This document shows positions 28,080 through 38,307 of a stretch of DNA of 64,000 nucleotides, piece by piece (the first letter of the stretch is position 1; each line of letters starts with the position of its first letter). The DNA is taken from positions 1,173 to 65,172 of the forward strand of contig CBDHFM010000018.1 in the NCBI GenBank assembly GCA_965262505.1. The letters are read 5' to 3'. The notes beneath the pieces are model-generated. The model made no database searches. It was not told where the DNA came from and saw only the letters and a program-made list of their open reading frames with translations. A program made the translations under genes and the position numbers. The DNA comes from Vicinamibacterales bacterium (GTDB lineage: Bacteria > Acidobacteriota > Vicinamibacteria > Vicinamibacterales > UBA2999).

Positions 28080-30755
28080 TTAGTTGCCCCAGCCGTAGCC
28101 GACCCGCACGTAGTAGTAGGCCCCGTTGAAGCCCCACGGCGTGTACTCGCTGTACTTCTCGCCGACAGACATCGCGCGCGCACTCTCGTCCGGGTAGGTG
28201 TTGAACGCGTTCTGGGCACCGAGGGCCAGCGTCGTGCCGCCGCCGAGGGCGACGCTCGCTTCCAGGTCGACGATCGGCTTGCCGTCGAAGAAACCTTGCT
28301 CGATGCCGCCCGAGGGCAGGTAGACCTGGGCGAAGCCGCTGTCGTAGTCGTACCAGCCGCCGAAGTAGTTCACCCGCCCGAGAAGGCTCACCCGCCCGAC
28401 CTGCTGGGTCAGCCCGACGTTCCAGCGGCTGCGCGGCAGCGCGTAGGTGAACTCGGCCAGACGCCGGTCGTTGAGCAGCCCCTTCTCGTTGTCAGTCACC
28501 TTGGTGTCGGTGTAGTTGAAGACGGCGCTGATGGTCGTGTTGCCGCGCAGCGCGAGCGGCGTGAAGGTCGACACCAGATCGATCCCCTGCGACGCGGTCG
28601 CGAACGCGTTCGTGAAGAACCGGAACCGCCGCAGGTCGCGGGCGGCCGTCACGCCCTCCGCCAGCAGGGTATCGATCTCGTCTGCGGTGAGGGTGAAGTT
28701 GCTCGTGATCCCGATCCGGTCCGAGACGTCGATCCGGAAATAATCGGCCGTGACGCTGAACTCCCCGGTGTCGAAGACGACGCCGGCGGTATAGTTGATC
28801 GACTGCTCCGGGGCGAGCGGCACGCCGCCGCGTAGCGCCGCCACCGGCGAGATCGACGGGATCGTGCCGTTGTTGACCAGATCGCCGAGCGCCGGGTCGA
28901 AGATGGTCGAGATGTTGAACCCGTTCTGCTGGCCCGGCGTCGGGGCGCGGAACCCGCTGCTCACGCTGGCGCGCACGAACCCGACCCGGCCGGAGACCTT
29001 GCTGTTCATCGTCGTGCCGAAGTCGTCGAAGTGCTCGACCCGGACGGCCGTTCCGAGCGTCCAGTCGTCCTCGGCGCCGGTCAACTCGACGTCGCCGTAG
29101 ACCGCGACGCTGCGCCGGCTCCAGGTGCCCGCAGCCAGCGGCCCGTAGCCGAAGAACCCGTTGGACCCGGCGGAGAACCCTTGCCCCCGGCCATAGGGAC
29201 CGACCGTCCACGACGCCGGGTCGCCGGCCTGGGTCTGGTACTGCTCGTTCCGCCATTCCGCGCCGGCCGCGAGGTTGATCATGTCGCTGGCGGCGTAGGA
29301 CACGTCGGCGTTCAGGCCGATCTCCCGCTGCCGGTTGCTGCCGAGATTGAACGCGGTGGGCGTATCGGGGCCGAGCGAGGCGTTGACAGTGTCGGTGATG
29401 AACAGATCGGTTTCGTGAGCCCCGACCGAGCCGCTCACGTCCCAGACGACGCCGGCCGCAGTCAAGCGGCGGATGCCACCCACAAACGACAGGTCCTGCG
29501 CCTCACCGCCGAAGCTCGGCGTGAAGCCGCCCGGAAACCGCTCCCGGAACGAGAAACAGTTCGGGTCGTCGAACACCTGCTGCAGGGCGACCGGGTCGGC
29601 GACGTGATCGGTGATGGCCACCGTCGGGCAGTTCGCCGAGCCGGTGCCTGCCGCCATGAGCGCGTCGCCGATCAGCAGCGTCTGGCCGCCGTCGAGGCTG
29701 AAGACGCCGCCCCGCGTGTTCGGGTTTCGGAAGAAGAAGCCGCCGGTCACTTTCTTACTGGCGTAGTTGGTGTGGCTGTAGACCTGCAGGCCGTTGTCGA
29801 ACAGGTTTCCGAAGTTCCCGAATAGCTTCAGGTCGTCCTCGAGGTCCGGCGATCCCCAGACCTGCGGCGTATCGGACCGCACGTCCGTGTTCCCGGCCCC
29901 GATGAGCGCGATCGCATCGCTGCGGGGCGCGCTCCGGTTGGTCGGGTTCGACCCTCCGTACTCCAGGCTGAGGTTGGCGAAGCCGGTGGCGCCGAGAGGC
30001 AGGCCGACGTTGGCGGCGACGTGCATCGCCTCGCCGTCGCCATCGCCGAACGTGCCGGTGTTGAACTCGAGGGCGCCGCCGGAAGGAGCATCCTTGAGCT
30101 GGAAGTTCAGCACGCCGGCGATCGCGTCCGAACCATACTGCGCCGCCGCGCCATCGCGCAGCACCTCGACCTGCCGTAACGCAATCGACGGAATGGCCGA
30201 GATGTCGGGGCCCTGCGATCCGAACGCCACGCCGTTGCCGCCGTGCCAGTCGATGATCGACGACCGGTGGCGGCGCTTGCCGTTGACCAGGACCAGCGTA
30301 TGGTCCGGGGCCAGGTTGCGCAGCATCACCGGCCGGACAACCGTGGACGCATCGCTGATCGGCTGGGTGTTGACGTTGAACGACGGGACCACCGTGCGGA
30401 GCTGATCCTGCAGGTTGAGGGTCCCCTGCCTGGAGAGGTCGGCGGGCGAGAGCACGTCGACCGGCACCGGCGACTCGGTCACCGTCCGCGGCTGCGCGCG
30501 GGAGCCGACGACGACCGTTTCCTCGGTAAAACCGGCCAGCAGGTTTTGGACCTCCTCGGGCGACAGCCCGAGCGCCTCGACCTCGTCCGGCGTCATCCCG
30601 AGCGCGCGGCCGAGCGCCTCGATCGGCTCCTGCGGTTCGTCCTGTGCCGCGCCGCGGGCGTCGGCCGCGACGGGCGCCCAGAGCAGCGCCAGTACGGCCA
30701 GCGCCGCAACACCGCGCGCCGCCAGATCTCTCGTCTTCAGAGGAGTTGGTTGCAA
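28080..30755 (-). CDS. TonB-dependent outer-membrane receptor
   Basis: Signal peptide, ETVVVGSR box, plug LVLVNGKR...IEVLRDGAAAQYGSDAIAGV-like motif, aromatic C-terminus. Confidence 0.92.
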   Translation of the reverse strand: MQPTPLKTRDLAARGVAALAVLALLWAPVAADARGAAQDEPQEPIEALGRALGMTPDEVEALGLSPEEVQNLLAGFTEETVVVGSRAQPRTVTESPVPVDVLSPADLSRQGTLNLQDQLRTVVPSFNVNTQPISDASTVVRPVMLRNLAPDHTLVLVNGKRRHRSSIIDWHGGNGVAFGSQGPDISAIPSIALRQVEVLRDGAAAQYGSDAIAGVLNFQLKDAPSGGALEFNTGTFGDGDGEAMHVAANVGLPLGATGFANLSLEYGGSNPTNRSAPRSDAIALIGAGNTDVRSDTPQVWGSPDLEDDLKLFGNFGNLFDNGLQVYSHTNYASKKVTGGFFFRNPNTRGGVFSLDGGQTLLIGDALMAAGTGSANCPTVAITDHVADPVALQQVFDDPNCFSFRERFPGGFTPSFGGEAQDLSFVGGIRRLTAAGVVWDVSGSVGAHETDLFITDTVNASLGPDTPTAFNLGSNRQREIGLNADVSYAASDMINLAAGAEWRNEQYQTQAGDPASWTVGPYGRGQGFSAGSNGFFGYGPLAAGTWSRRSVAVYGDVELTGAEDDWTLGTAVRVEHFDDFGTTMNSKVSGRVGFVRASVSSGFRAPTPGQQNGFNISTIFDPALGDLVNNGTIPSISPVAALRGGVPLAPEQSINYTAGVVFDTGEFSVTADYFRIDVSDRIGITSNFTLTADEIDTLLAEGVTAARDLRRFRFFTNAFATASQGIDLVSTFTPLALRGNTTISAVFNYTDTKVTDNEKGLLNDRRLAEFTYALPRSRWNVGLTQQVGRVSLLGRVNYFGGWYDYDSGFAQVYLPSGGIEQGFFDGKPIVDLEASVALGGGTTLALGAQNAFNTYPDESARAMSVGEKYSEYTPWGFNGAYYYVRVGYGWGN

Positions 30756-30835
30756 CGTGCTCTCCCTTCTGTGTATGTCCGTGTGGTGCTCTCACTGTAC
30801 CGCCACGGATTTCTTGGACAGCCGGGTGAGTGTAT

Positions 30836-31726
30836 TCACGCGGCCGTGGTGAGCGCAAACGCGCGACGGACGACGGCGGGTGCGCGGAAGCCGAGTCGCT
30901 CGATCAACCACTGCTGGTTATAGGTCTCCTTGAAGGTGCGCAGCGCCTGCTGCAAGTCCTCGACATCCGTAAAGTGGCGCACCCACAGCAGCTGTTCCTT
31001 GAGGGTGCGGAAGAACCGTTCGATGCAGCCGTTCCCCTCGGGCTGGCGGACGAAGGCCGGTGATGACACGATGCCGAGGAACCGGAGCTCGGCGTGAAAG
31101 TCGTTGCTCATGTACTGACTGCCGTGGTCGTGGCGCATCGTGAGCCCGCTCGCCACGCCGGCGGCCATCGTCCCGAAGTGATCTCGGACGCCCTGGCGCA
31201 CCGGCTCCAACGCCTCGAAGCGCGTGCCGTACTTCGCCGCGTGTAGTCCCACACATTCGGCCGTGCAGTGATCGATCGCCCCGAAGATCGTGACGTGGCC
31301 GTCCGCCAGCGTCACGGTGGCCGTCGCATCGGTGCCCCACATCACGTTGGGACTGGCGGTGACGATGGTGCCGTCGTGGGGACGGGCGGCGACCGGCGTG
31401 GGCAGCCGCGCAGGGCCGAGCAAGTCGGCAGCGCGCATCACGACCAACGTCCGACGTTTCGACGTGCGCAGCCCCTGCACCCGCAAGCGCGCCCAGATCT
31501 TGCGGTGCCCTTCGCCGTGGAACGGACTCGCGGCGATCACGGCCCGGACCGCGGCCGTCAGCTCCGCATCCGACTGGGGCGGCTTGGGTCCGCGCTTGGC
31601 CACCGGCGTCGGCCGGGCGGGCCGGTTCCGTTGCGCGTAGACCGTCGAGCGCGGCACCTGCCACACGCGCGTGACGCGGGCGATGCCGTACGGCCGGTGA
31701 GTGGAGGGCGAAGTCTCGTGACTCAT
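30836..31726 (-). CDS. IS transposase OrfB
   Basis: WGTDAT...HDHGSQY...GNGCIERFFRTLKE. Confidence 0.9.
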   Translation of the reverse strand: MSHETSPSTHRPYGIARVTRVWQVPRSTVYAQRNRPARPTPVAKRGPKPPQSDAELTAAVRAVIAASPFHGEGHRKIWARLRVQGLRTSKRRTLVVMRAADLLGPARLPTPVAARPHDGTIVTASPNVMWGTDATATVTLADGHVTIFGAIDHCTAECVGLHAAKYGTRFEALEPVRQGVRDHFGTMAAGVASGLTMRHDHGSQYMSNDFHAELRFLGIVSSPAFVRQPEGNGCIERFFRTLKEQLLWVRHFTDVEDLQQALRTFKETYNQQWLIERLGFRAPAVVRRAFALTTAA

Positions 31727-32115
31727 CGCTTCGACCTCCACCAGCCCAAAGGGCGGCCGGCCTCCAGGTGTCGAATCTTCTCGGCCAGCCACGCCTTGTC
31801 GGTGGCGAGATCCGCCACGACGCTCTTGAGCCGCCGCGTGTCCGCGCCCTCGACGGCGACCTCGCGATGCTTGAGGCGGGCCTCACCGACGGCCACGAAG
31901 TCGTCACGCCACTGCGAGAGCTTCGCCGCCGTCACGCCATGGCGACGACTGAGGCTCTCGAGTGATTCCCCCTTGAGGACCTCGATGACCACGGAGACTT
32001 TTCGTCGCGCGGACCACCGCCCCGTGCCGACGAGCGCCCACGAGGCTGAGGCCTCTGCGGTCGCCCTCCGGGCTCCCTCCGAGGCCTCAGCCTCGTGCTG
32101 TTTTCCCTTGGACAT
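31723..32115 (-). CDS. IS transposase OrfA
   Basis: RWSARRKVSVVIEVLKGESLESLSR; ATGA overlap with orfB. Confidence 0.85.
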   Translation of the reverse strand: MSKGKQHEAEASEGARRATAEASASWALVGTGRWSARRKVSVVIEVLKGESLESLSRRHGVTAAKLSQWRDDFVAVGEARLKHREVAVEGADTRRLKSVVADLATDKAWLAEKIRHLEAGRPLGWWRSKR

Positions 32116-32520
32116 AACTCATTCTCCTTCTCGCAGAAGGCTGTCAAAAGAAATCGTGGGGCGCGGGAGTGTGGTGCTCTCACGGGCTACGGGATTGCTC
32201 CTATCGGCTTGTGGTTCCAGAACCCCATCATTGCGTTTTGTCGGCGTTTCATGAGGAGAGTCTACGCGCTGAGCCACACAACGACGAACCACCCGCCCAC
32301 GAGCGACGTACACTGCCTTCTGGTCGCTTCGCCAGAAATTCTACCGCTCGGTCTGGAATTCCTTGAGGTCCGCGCGGATCACCGTCGTGACATTCTCGGT
32401 GGCGGTGGCGGCGATATCGGCGATCGCGTCGGCGACGGTCAGGACGTCGAGATGTAGTTCAGACCACTGGACGTGGCGAGCGACATGTTCAGGATGGATG
32501 GGGCACTACTAGCAGGGAGG

Positions 32521-32563
32521 GAGTCCACACCCGGACATATTGCAGAAAGGAACGGTTCTGCAC
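32521..32563 (+). other. res-like site B
   Basis: TGCAGAA-aggaacgg-TTCTGCA palindrome at 32541-32562; direct repeat of site A. Confidence 0.65.
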
Positions 32564-32637
32564 GTCCGCGAGCTCGTCGAGCGGGCCGACCGCGAGGTGG
32601 AGCACCTGATCGCGCGGTTCCACCCGATCCTTTGGCC

Positions 32638-33846
32638 CTATGCCACCGCCTGCTGCAGTCGCAGGTCCCGCGTGTGGTACGCCTTCAAGGTCCGCCGGCC
32701 GTCTCGTTCCCGGTAGAACACGATGGACTCCTCGCGTGCCGCCGCAGCAGACGACTCAAGCTCGCTGACCCAGCGCTCCATGCGCGACCGGACAGGGGCG
32801 AAGCTGTTGTCCCGGATGGTGTCGATCGCCCGGATTCTTTTCTTCAGGCTTCGCCCGCCTCCAAGAGTTCGGATCACGTGTGCCGCGGTGTCGGGCAGGC
32901 CCCACGGCAAGGACTCGAACCGGCCCAGCTCATCCAGATCCTGCTGCAACTGGTGTCGGAATGTCGTCAATGGATCGCGATCGAGCAGCGTTCTGAAGGT
33001 GCTTGCGCACTGTTCGACTTTCCTGCGTAGCAACGCCTGGCGGCGCTCCGCGTAGTACAGATCGTCCTGAAGCGTCAGATGCAGGCGGAGCGCGTCGGCC
33101 CGGAGATCCGTGAGACTCGACAGCACGAACAGATCGATGTCGGACACGGCCACCATGGCGTCGTGCTCCGAGCGAATCTCCCTTATGGCAAGGTGTCCGA
33201 ACTTGCGACGCAGCAACGTGACGTCACGCTTGGCCAAAACGAGTCCGCTCTTCATGCCGTCGGTGAACCGCTGGCTGTGCTCGAACTGCGAGCCGATTTC
33301 GTCGATCTGTTCGGCTGCGCTCTCGAACCGAGCGTAGTCCTCGGCTTCCATGAGGTGACGCACGCGCTCCAGGTTCTTGGACAGCGCGCCGAGGGCCTGT
33401 TGCACGCGGTCGAGCCGCGCACCGGTTATCACCGACGAGACGGTCATGAAGAGCAACACCGGCGCCACGACCGGTATCAGGGCGGTGCTGGCAGCGACGA
33501 ACGGCGCCTGCGCGACGACCCCGGTCGACCCCATGACCGCCGATCCGACCCCTGTGCCGATGGTCATCAGCGTCTGGGGATTGACGGTCGCCAGGAACAC
33601 GTTGCCGGCGAGCAGAGACGATGCAGCCGTGCTGCCGGCGCCGAGAAGCGGTGGCAGCCAGGTGCTCTCGATCACGCCGGCCGACTGGAACGGGCGCGCT
33701 GCGGGCCACGATGCGCGCAGTGCATCACTGGCCTCCCGACCGAGGTCGACCAGGGCGATTTTCGCGTATCCCTCGTGCGTGAGAATCTGTCCAACTGGGC
33801 CTTGCGGTACCTGCGGGACCTCTGGTTGGAGACCGAGGATGCTCAT
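32638..33846 (-). CDS. Hypothetical protein: hydrophobic N-terminal region plus long helical/coiled-coil region
   Basis: 402 aa, RBS aaggagg, directly downstream of the resolvase. Confidence 0.75.
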   Translation of the reverse strand: MSILGLQPEVPQVPQGPVGQILTHEGYAKIALVDLGREASDALRASWPAARPFQSAGVIESTWLPPLLGAGSTAASSLLAGNVFLATVNPQTLMTIGTGVGSAVMGSTGVVAQAPFVAASTALIPVVAPVLLFMTVSSVITGARLDRVQQALGALSKNLERVRHLMEAEDYARFESAAEQIDEIGSQFEHSQRFTDGMKSGLVLAKRDVTLLRRKFGHLAIREIRSEHDAMVAVSDIDLFVLSSLTDLRADALRLHLTLQDDLYYAERRQALLRRKVEQCASTFRTLLDRDPLTTFRHQLQQDLDELGRFESLPWGLPDTAAHVIRTLGGGRSLKKRIRAIDTIRDNSFAPVRSRMERWVSELESSAAAAREESIVFYRERDGRRTLKAYHTRDLRLQQAVA

Positions 33847-33870
33847 GCGTCCTCCTTGACCCTTTGCAAA

Positions 33871-34446
33871 TTATGTGGCACGGGTCCTGTGGGTCGAAGT
33901 CCGCGCGAGCAGACGCGAGACGGTGGCGGGGTGGACCTTGAAGAGGCGTGCGGCGGCGGCGGCCGTCTTCTCGCCTTCCGAAACCATCTTGCGAATCGCG
34001 GCTTGCTGCTGCGGGGAGAGCTTGGGGCGGCGGCCCCCCACGCGCCCTTCCTGCCGGGCGGCCTCGACGCCGGCCTGGGTGCGTTCCCGCAGCATGGCGC
34101 GCTCGAACTCCGCGAAGGCTCCCACCATGTGCATCAGCATCCGGCCGGCCGGCGTCGTCGTGTCGATCGCCTCGGTCACGCTCCGGAATCCCGCGCCGGC
34201 GTCCCCGAGCTGCGCCATGAGCGTGAGCACGTCGCGCAGCGAGCGCGAGAGCCGATCCAGCTTCCACACCACAACAACGTCCCCGTGGCGCAGGTGCGTG
34301 AGGAGCTGGAGGAGTTGGGGCCGATTCCACCGTCCGCCTGAGGCCTTCTCGTGAAAGATGCGCTCGCACCCCGCCGCGGTCAACGCCGCCACTTGCGCCG
34401 CGGTGTCCTGATCGTCCGTGGACACGCGGGCGTACCCGATCAACAT
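33871..34446 (-). CDS. Serine resolvase/invertase
   Basis: MLIGYARVST, VVWKLDRLSRS, FAEFER and a C-terminal HTH. Confidence 0.93.
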   Translation of the reverse strand: MLIGYARVSTDDQDTAAQVAALTAAGCERIFHEKASGGRWNRPQLLQLLTHLRHGDVVVVWKLDRLSRSLRDVLTLMAQLGDAGAGFRSVTEAIDTTTPAGRMLMHMVGAFAEFERAMLRERTQAGVEAARQEGRVGGRRPKLSPQQQAAIRKMVSEGEKTAAAAARLFKVHPATVSRLLARTSTHRTRAT

Positions 34447-34556
34447 TGCAGAACGGTATCGCCAATCCCCTTGATTCGGCAATACCGTTTTGCAACGCCT
34501 AAGCCCTTGCAAACACGTCCGGGGCCAGAGGGGTGCACAACCGGTCCTTTACGCAA
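34445..34556. other. res site C, upstream of the resolvase
   Basis: Inverted repeat tgcagaacggtat...ataccgttttgca plus the site-I-like segment 34511-34556. Confidence 0.7.
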
Positions 34557-34739
34557 GTGGTTTCGCTGTGGAGCCGCGGCGCGCCCGCACGGCACCGGCC
34601 GGGGGTCCAGACACCAAAGACTTTGTCGTGCGCGGGCTCGGCTTCCTGGAGTTGGCCGGCGCGGATGCGAGGAGCCCTTGGCGTTCGAGGTGGGCCAGCA
34701 TCTCGGTTGCGCCCAACGTCTCTAGCGTCCACCGGTCGG

Positions 34740-34812
34740 GGCGATTCCAGCCGGCGTCCTTGAGAAGATCGTCGATCTTGACCCGGGAAAAGGCTTCGGT
34801 TGTTCGACTCAT
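34740..34812 (-). pseudogene. N-terminal relic of a type I R-M HsdR
   Basis: MSRTTEAFSRVKIDDLLKDAGW resembles HsdR N-termini; the frame decays afterwards. Confidence 0.55.
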
Positions 34813-34896
34813 ACGCCTGACCGTGAATCAGACGGGCTGACCGGCGGCACCGCACGGAGGAGCGGCATTCCGTGTCGGTCCGTACGGTACTGGGAG

Positions 34897-35151
34897 TCAG
34901 CCGAGCAACCGGAGGATGGCGACGACCGCACCCACGATCGCGACGGCTTGCAAGAGCATCGCGCGGTAAATATCGGCGCGGAGTGCGTTGATCGCACCGT
35001 GCAGTGTGGCGACTTCGGCGCGCAGCGTCTCCGGCGTCACGTGCTCACCATGCTCGGCTGCTTGGCGGATGGCATCCGCCAGCACATCGGCCTGGGTACG
35101 TTCGATGCCGGCCTCGGTCAACTGGCGGGCTATGGTGAGTGAATCGAACAT
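34897..35151 (-). CDS. DUF1640/CCDC90-like small coiled-coil membrane protein
   Basis: MFDSLTIARQLTEAGIERTQADVLA...C-terminal TM segment. Confidence 0.7.
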   Translation of the reverse strand: MFDSLTIARQLTEAGIERTQADVLADAIRQAAEHGEHVTPETLRAEVATLHGAINALRADIYRAMLLQAVAIVGAVVAILRLLG

Positions 35152-35459
35152 CGGATCTACCTGAACCGCTCTACCCGGACGCCTCCCGGTCGGTCTCCCG
35201 TCCTCAACGAATCCGGTGACGGACGGTGTGCGGATTGGCGCGAAACGGTCCGCATGACCGTCCGCGAGCGTGGCTGCGCGACCGAGGACAAGTATACCGT
35301 GCGGCGGCCCGCCGCCGGCCGTGTCGCTGACGCCGCAGGCGCTGGTGTCCTTCCTGAATAGGAAGATCTCAAGGGGAGCGACCCGCCCCGGCAGGTGTGA
35401 CGCAGGAACACCTGCCGGGGCCGAAAACCGGAGGGTTTTAGATGGGTCGCTCCCCTACC

Positions 35460-35630
35460 TCCCCCCTGTACCTATTTTCTGTACGTGGGAGTGGTACGTT
35501 GTGTTGGAATATGGTTGATATGAAATGACTTAGCTGGTACTGGGGTGTAAGTTCAAGTGTGACTGGGGGTGTAAGTTGAGGCTCCGGAGCTGCTTACACC
35601 TCCCGTCCGGCATCTCTGGTGTAAGTTCGG
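35460..35630. repeat. Iteron-like GGTGTAAGTT cluster with an AT-rich flank
   Basis: Copies near 35544, 35568 and 35618; inverted gcttacacc at 35592; AT-rich 35490-35540. Confidence 0.55.
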
Positions 35631-35936
35631 GCCTCAGTCTTGTTGTGATCCGCTGACAGGGCTGATCACACCCTCGTCCCGTTCCTGTCTTCATCGTCGT
35701 CCCGCTCCGTGACTTCGACTCCCATCCCGCGCCCGATCTCCGTCACGTTCGCCACCTTCTGATTCCCGTTGATTGCCGTGATCGACGCCCTCCCAACCTG
35801 AATTTATGGCACGAGTGTTGTCATCCGTTTACTGTTCTGGATCCAGTGTGGGTGTATCTTCAGTTCTGGCTCGGGACCGGCGTGGTTCGTCTCGTCGCGC
35901 GGCCTCTTTGGCGCCGCGGGCGGCAGGCGGCGGAAC

Positions 35937-36893
35937 TCACGAGCGGAAGCCCAGCAACGGGTCATCACCGAAGGCCTTGGCCACGTGGTTGAGAAGCTGT
36001 TCGTAGCCTACTTCCTTGGTGAGCGTTCGGAAATCCTGGTCCTCGTGAAGTGGCTGTCCGTTACTGTCTCGGACGGTCCACCGGCAGCGCACGTATACCT
36101 TGAACTTCTTCTCACTCAGGCGTTCGTGGATCTTGACACTGGGCGTGTAGAAGGCAGCGATCAGCTGCAACTGCTCGCCAACCTGCGGCTCCAGCTTGAG
36201 CGCGTCAAGGTGCGCCTTGGCCTCGTCATCGAACAACAGGCTCAGCATGAATTGGTATCGCTTGTCCGCCACCTTCGAGCCGAAGAACCTCGAAAACGAT
36301 TCAAGGTTCTGAATCAGGAACACGATGTCGCTGTACGGCGACTCCAGCGACAGCTTCTTGAGTCGGCCGCGTAGCAGACCGGTGAGATCCTTCAGCTTGA
36401 GGTCCTGTATCGCGAGGTCGATCGCCTCGACGTATTCGACCCAGTTGAACCTGTACCCCATGAACGCTCGCGAGATGGGTGTTCCTGGGCGAGGATGGGC
36501 GGGAAAGAGATCTGACACGTGTTCGCCGTCGAGGAACAGATACTGATTGTGCACGAAGTGGACGAACAGGTTCGAGAGCTTGATGTCGCCAGTGCGCTTC
36601 CCGCTGGCGTCGGAGAGGGGGATGCGGCGGTCGAGCCGAGGGAGCAGGTCGAACAGGTTCCGCGCCTGCGCCGACAGCAGGATCAGCGTGCCCGTAAGGC
36701 CCCTGGTGAACTCGAAGTACAAGCGACGCTCCGGGCCGCTCTCAGGCATCGACACCAGCCTGCCTCTTTCGCCTTGGACGACGCTTTGAGGTACGAGGTG
36801 GCTCAGCGCGGCGGCGAGATCGTCGACCTTCGCGTAGATTTCCCTGATCAAGCGGCGGATGTCCTGGATCAGGTAGCTGACGCTCCCGTGCAC
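35937..36893 (-). CDS. Hypothetical protein (orphan)
   Basis: 318-aa ORF with globular composition. Confidence 0.7.
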   Translation of the reverse strand: MHGSVSYLIQDIRRLIREIYAKVDDLAAALSHLVPQSVVQGERGRLVSMPESGPERRLYFEFTRGLTGTLILLSAQARNLFDLLPRLDRRIPLSDASGKRTGDIKLSNLFVHFVHNQYLFLDGEHVSDLFPAHPRPGTPISRAFMGYRFNWVEYVEAIDLAIQDLKLKDLTGLLRGRLKKLSLESPYSDIVFLIQNLESFSRFFGSKVADKRYQFMLSLLFDDEAKAHLDALKLEPQVGEQLQLIAAFYTPSVKIHERLSEKKFKVYVRCRWTVRDSNGQPLHEDQDFRTLTKEVGYEQLLNHVAKAFGDDPLLGFRS

Positions 36894-37318
36894 GACAACT
36901 TAGCCAAGAGCGAGCGTCTTGCTGACGACGAACGGCGCACTGCGCTTGTGCGCCGTGACGGGCTCAGAGCCGGGCCTATGTTTAAAGAACAGGATGGCAC
37001 CTTACAGCAACGGACCGCTTCGGTGATAAAGCACCCCCAGGACATCCTGGTCCGTGGCATTCGCCCTCTTCTCTTTCCGCCTGCTCGCTCTGCCCACTCG
37101 AGGACCTCCAGCACATCGGCCCCAGCCGGAACGCGCGAGCGGGAGGGGCCGGCCCGCCAGCCGGAGCCGGCCTGCGATACCGCGACCGTGGGGATGTCGG
37201 ATGACCACGGTGGAGGTGACCATGCACCGTGACCATTTCGGGAATGGTACCGCGGCGGGTCACGGTAACGCGCGTGGTCGCTGCGGCGACCGCCGACGGG
37301 ACTGCCAGCCTGGCCCGT

Positions 37319-38112
37319 TCAGGCAACCTCTTCAGCCCAGCGGCCGACGGGGATCCATTCCGGCACCCTCTTCGAGCGCCACGTCCGTCCGCTCGTGATC
37401 GCCGCCCTCGCCCGGCCGCTCCCGGCACAAACGGCATCGAGGACGCACATGCGCCTCAAGGCTCCGTTGATGTCGCCGTACGCCTCGCGAAGGCGGCCGA
37501 GTTGGCCGTGGCCAATGCCGGCCACAGCGCGGCGTGCTGCACGCCCCACGTGCGGACCGCGCTCTCCGTCTCGTCCTCCGCCTGCACAAACAGGAACGTC
37601 GCCCACTCGCCGTCAAGCGCGATCGGCAGTTTGTGGGGGAATTACCGGTACTGCGCCCCGACCGCGCTCTGGTAGAGCCGGTGTGGCAACACCTGCTGCG
37701 AGATCCCCAACGCGGTCAGCGCGCTGACCTTCTCGTCCTCGGTCGGGAGCCACGCGGCGTGCGGATGTTCGAGCACGTAGTCGAGCGACAGCAGCCGCCG
37801 CAAAACAACATCCGGCGCAGCCGGCCGGCGGTGCCGGACGTGTTCGGCTCCGAGCGTCCGATAGATGCGCCGGGCCGCGATCCGGCAGATGCGGAGCCGG
37901 GAGCCGTTCCAGGGCTGTTCGACCGCGTGCTTGCGGCACCGGCGGACGAAGCGGTTGGCGAGCGCCGGATTGGTCCGGCCGATGAAGGCGAGGTAATGCG
38001 AGCGGAGGAACACGCCGCTGTGCAGGCAGACCAGCGCCAGCCACTCGGCTTCGCGACGGGTCCAGCCGACCCGCACGAGAGCGTCCGTCCGGTCCCGAAG
38101 ATGGGTGATCAC
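37319..38112 (-). pseudogene. Inactivated paralogue of the CLHSG protein at 45079-46032
   Basis: GWTRREAEWLALVCLHSG. In-frame TAA at 37642 (YR*FPHKLP versus RYFVHKLP). C-terminal ITSGRTWRSKRV lies in another frame. Confidence 0.85.
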
Positions 38113-38145
38113 CGGCCCGTAAACAATGCGGCGTACCGCTTGTAA

Positions 38146-38307
38146 TTGTACGTACGTGGTACTTGAGTACGTACTTGTTATATGGATGTGTACCTTTTCA
38201 GCGAGCAAAAGCCGGGTAATGTGTACCTTTTCAGCGAGCCAGAGCGAAATGAATGTGTACAGTTTCAGCGTGGAAAACCACCCTTATTAACCTTTTGTTG
38301 TGGAAAA
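38146..38307 (+). promoter_or_regulatory. Iteron origin-like module 3
   Basis: 34-bp GTAC block identical to 10174-10207; atgtgtac(c/a)(t/g)tttcagcg at 38186, 38219 and 38253; GTGGAAAA at 38270 and 38300. Confidence 0.75.

Larger units (their letters stand above)
30796..32168 (-). mobile_element. IS3/IS481-like insertion sequence, copy 2
   Basis: Ends TGTACCGCCACGGATTTCTTGGACA and (reverse complement) TCCCGCGCCCCACGATTTCTTTTGACA. 15-bp direct repeat GTGTGGTGCTCTCAC at 30781-30795 and 32169-32183. Confidence 0.9.

Noticed and set aside
33855-33880. Second dif-like site (ttatgt)
   Set aside because: There is no CATAA left arm; it is the resolvase stop codon.
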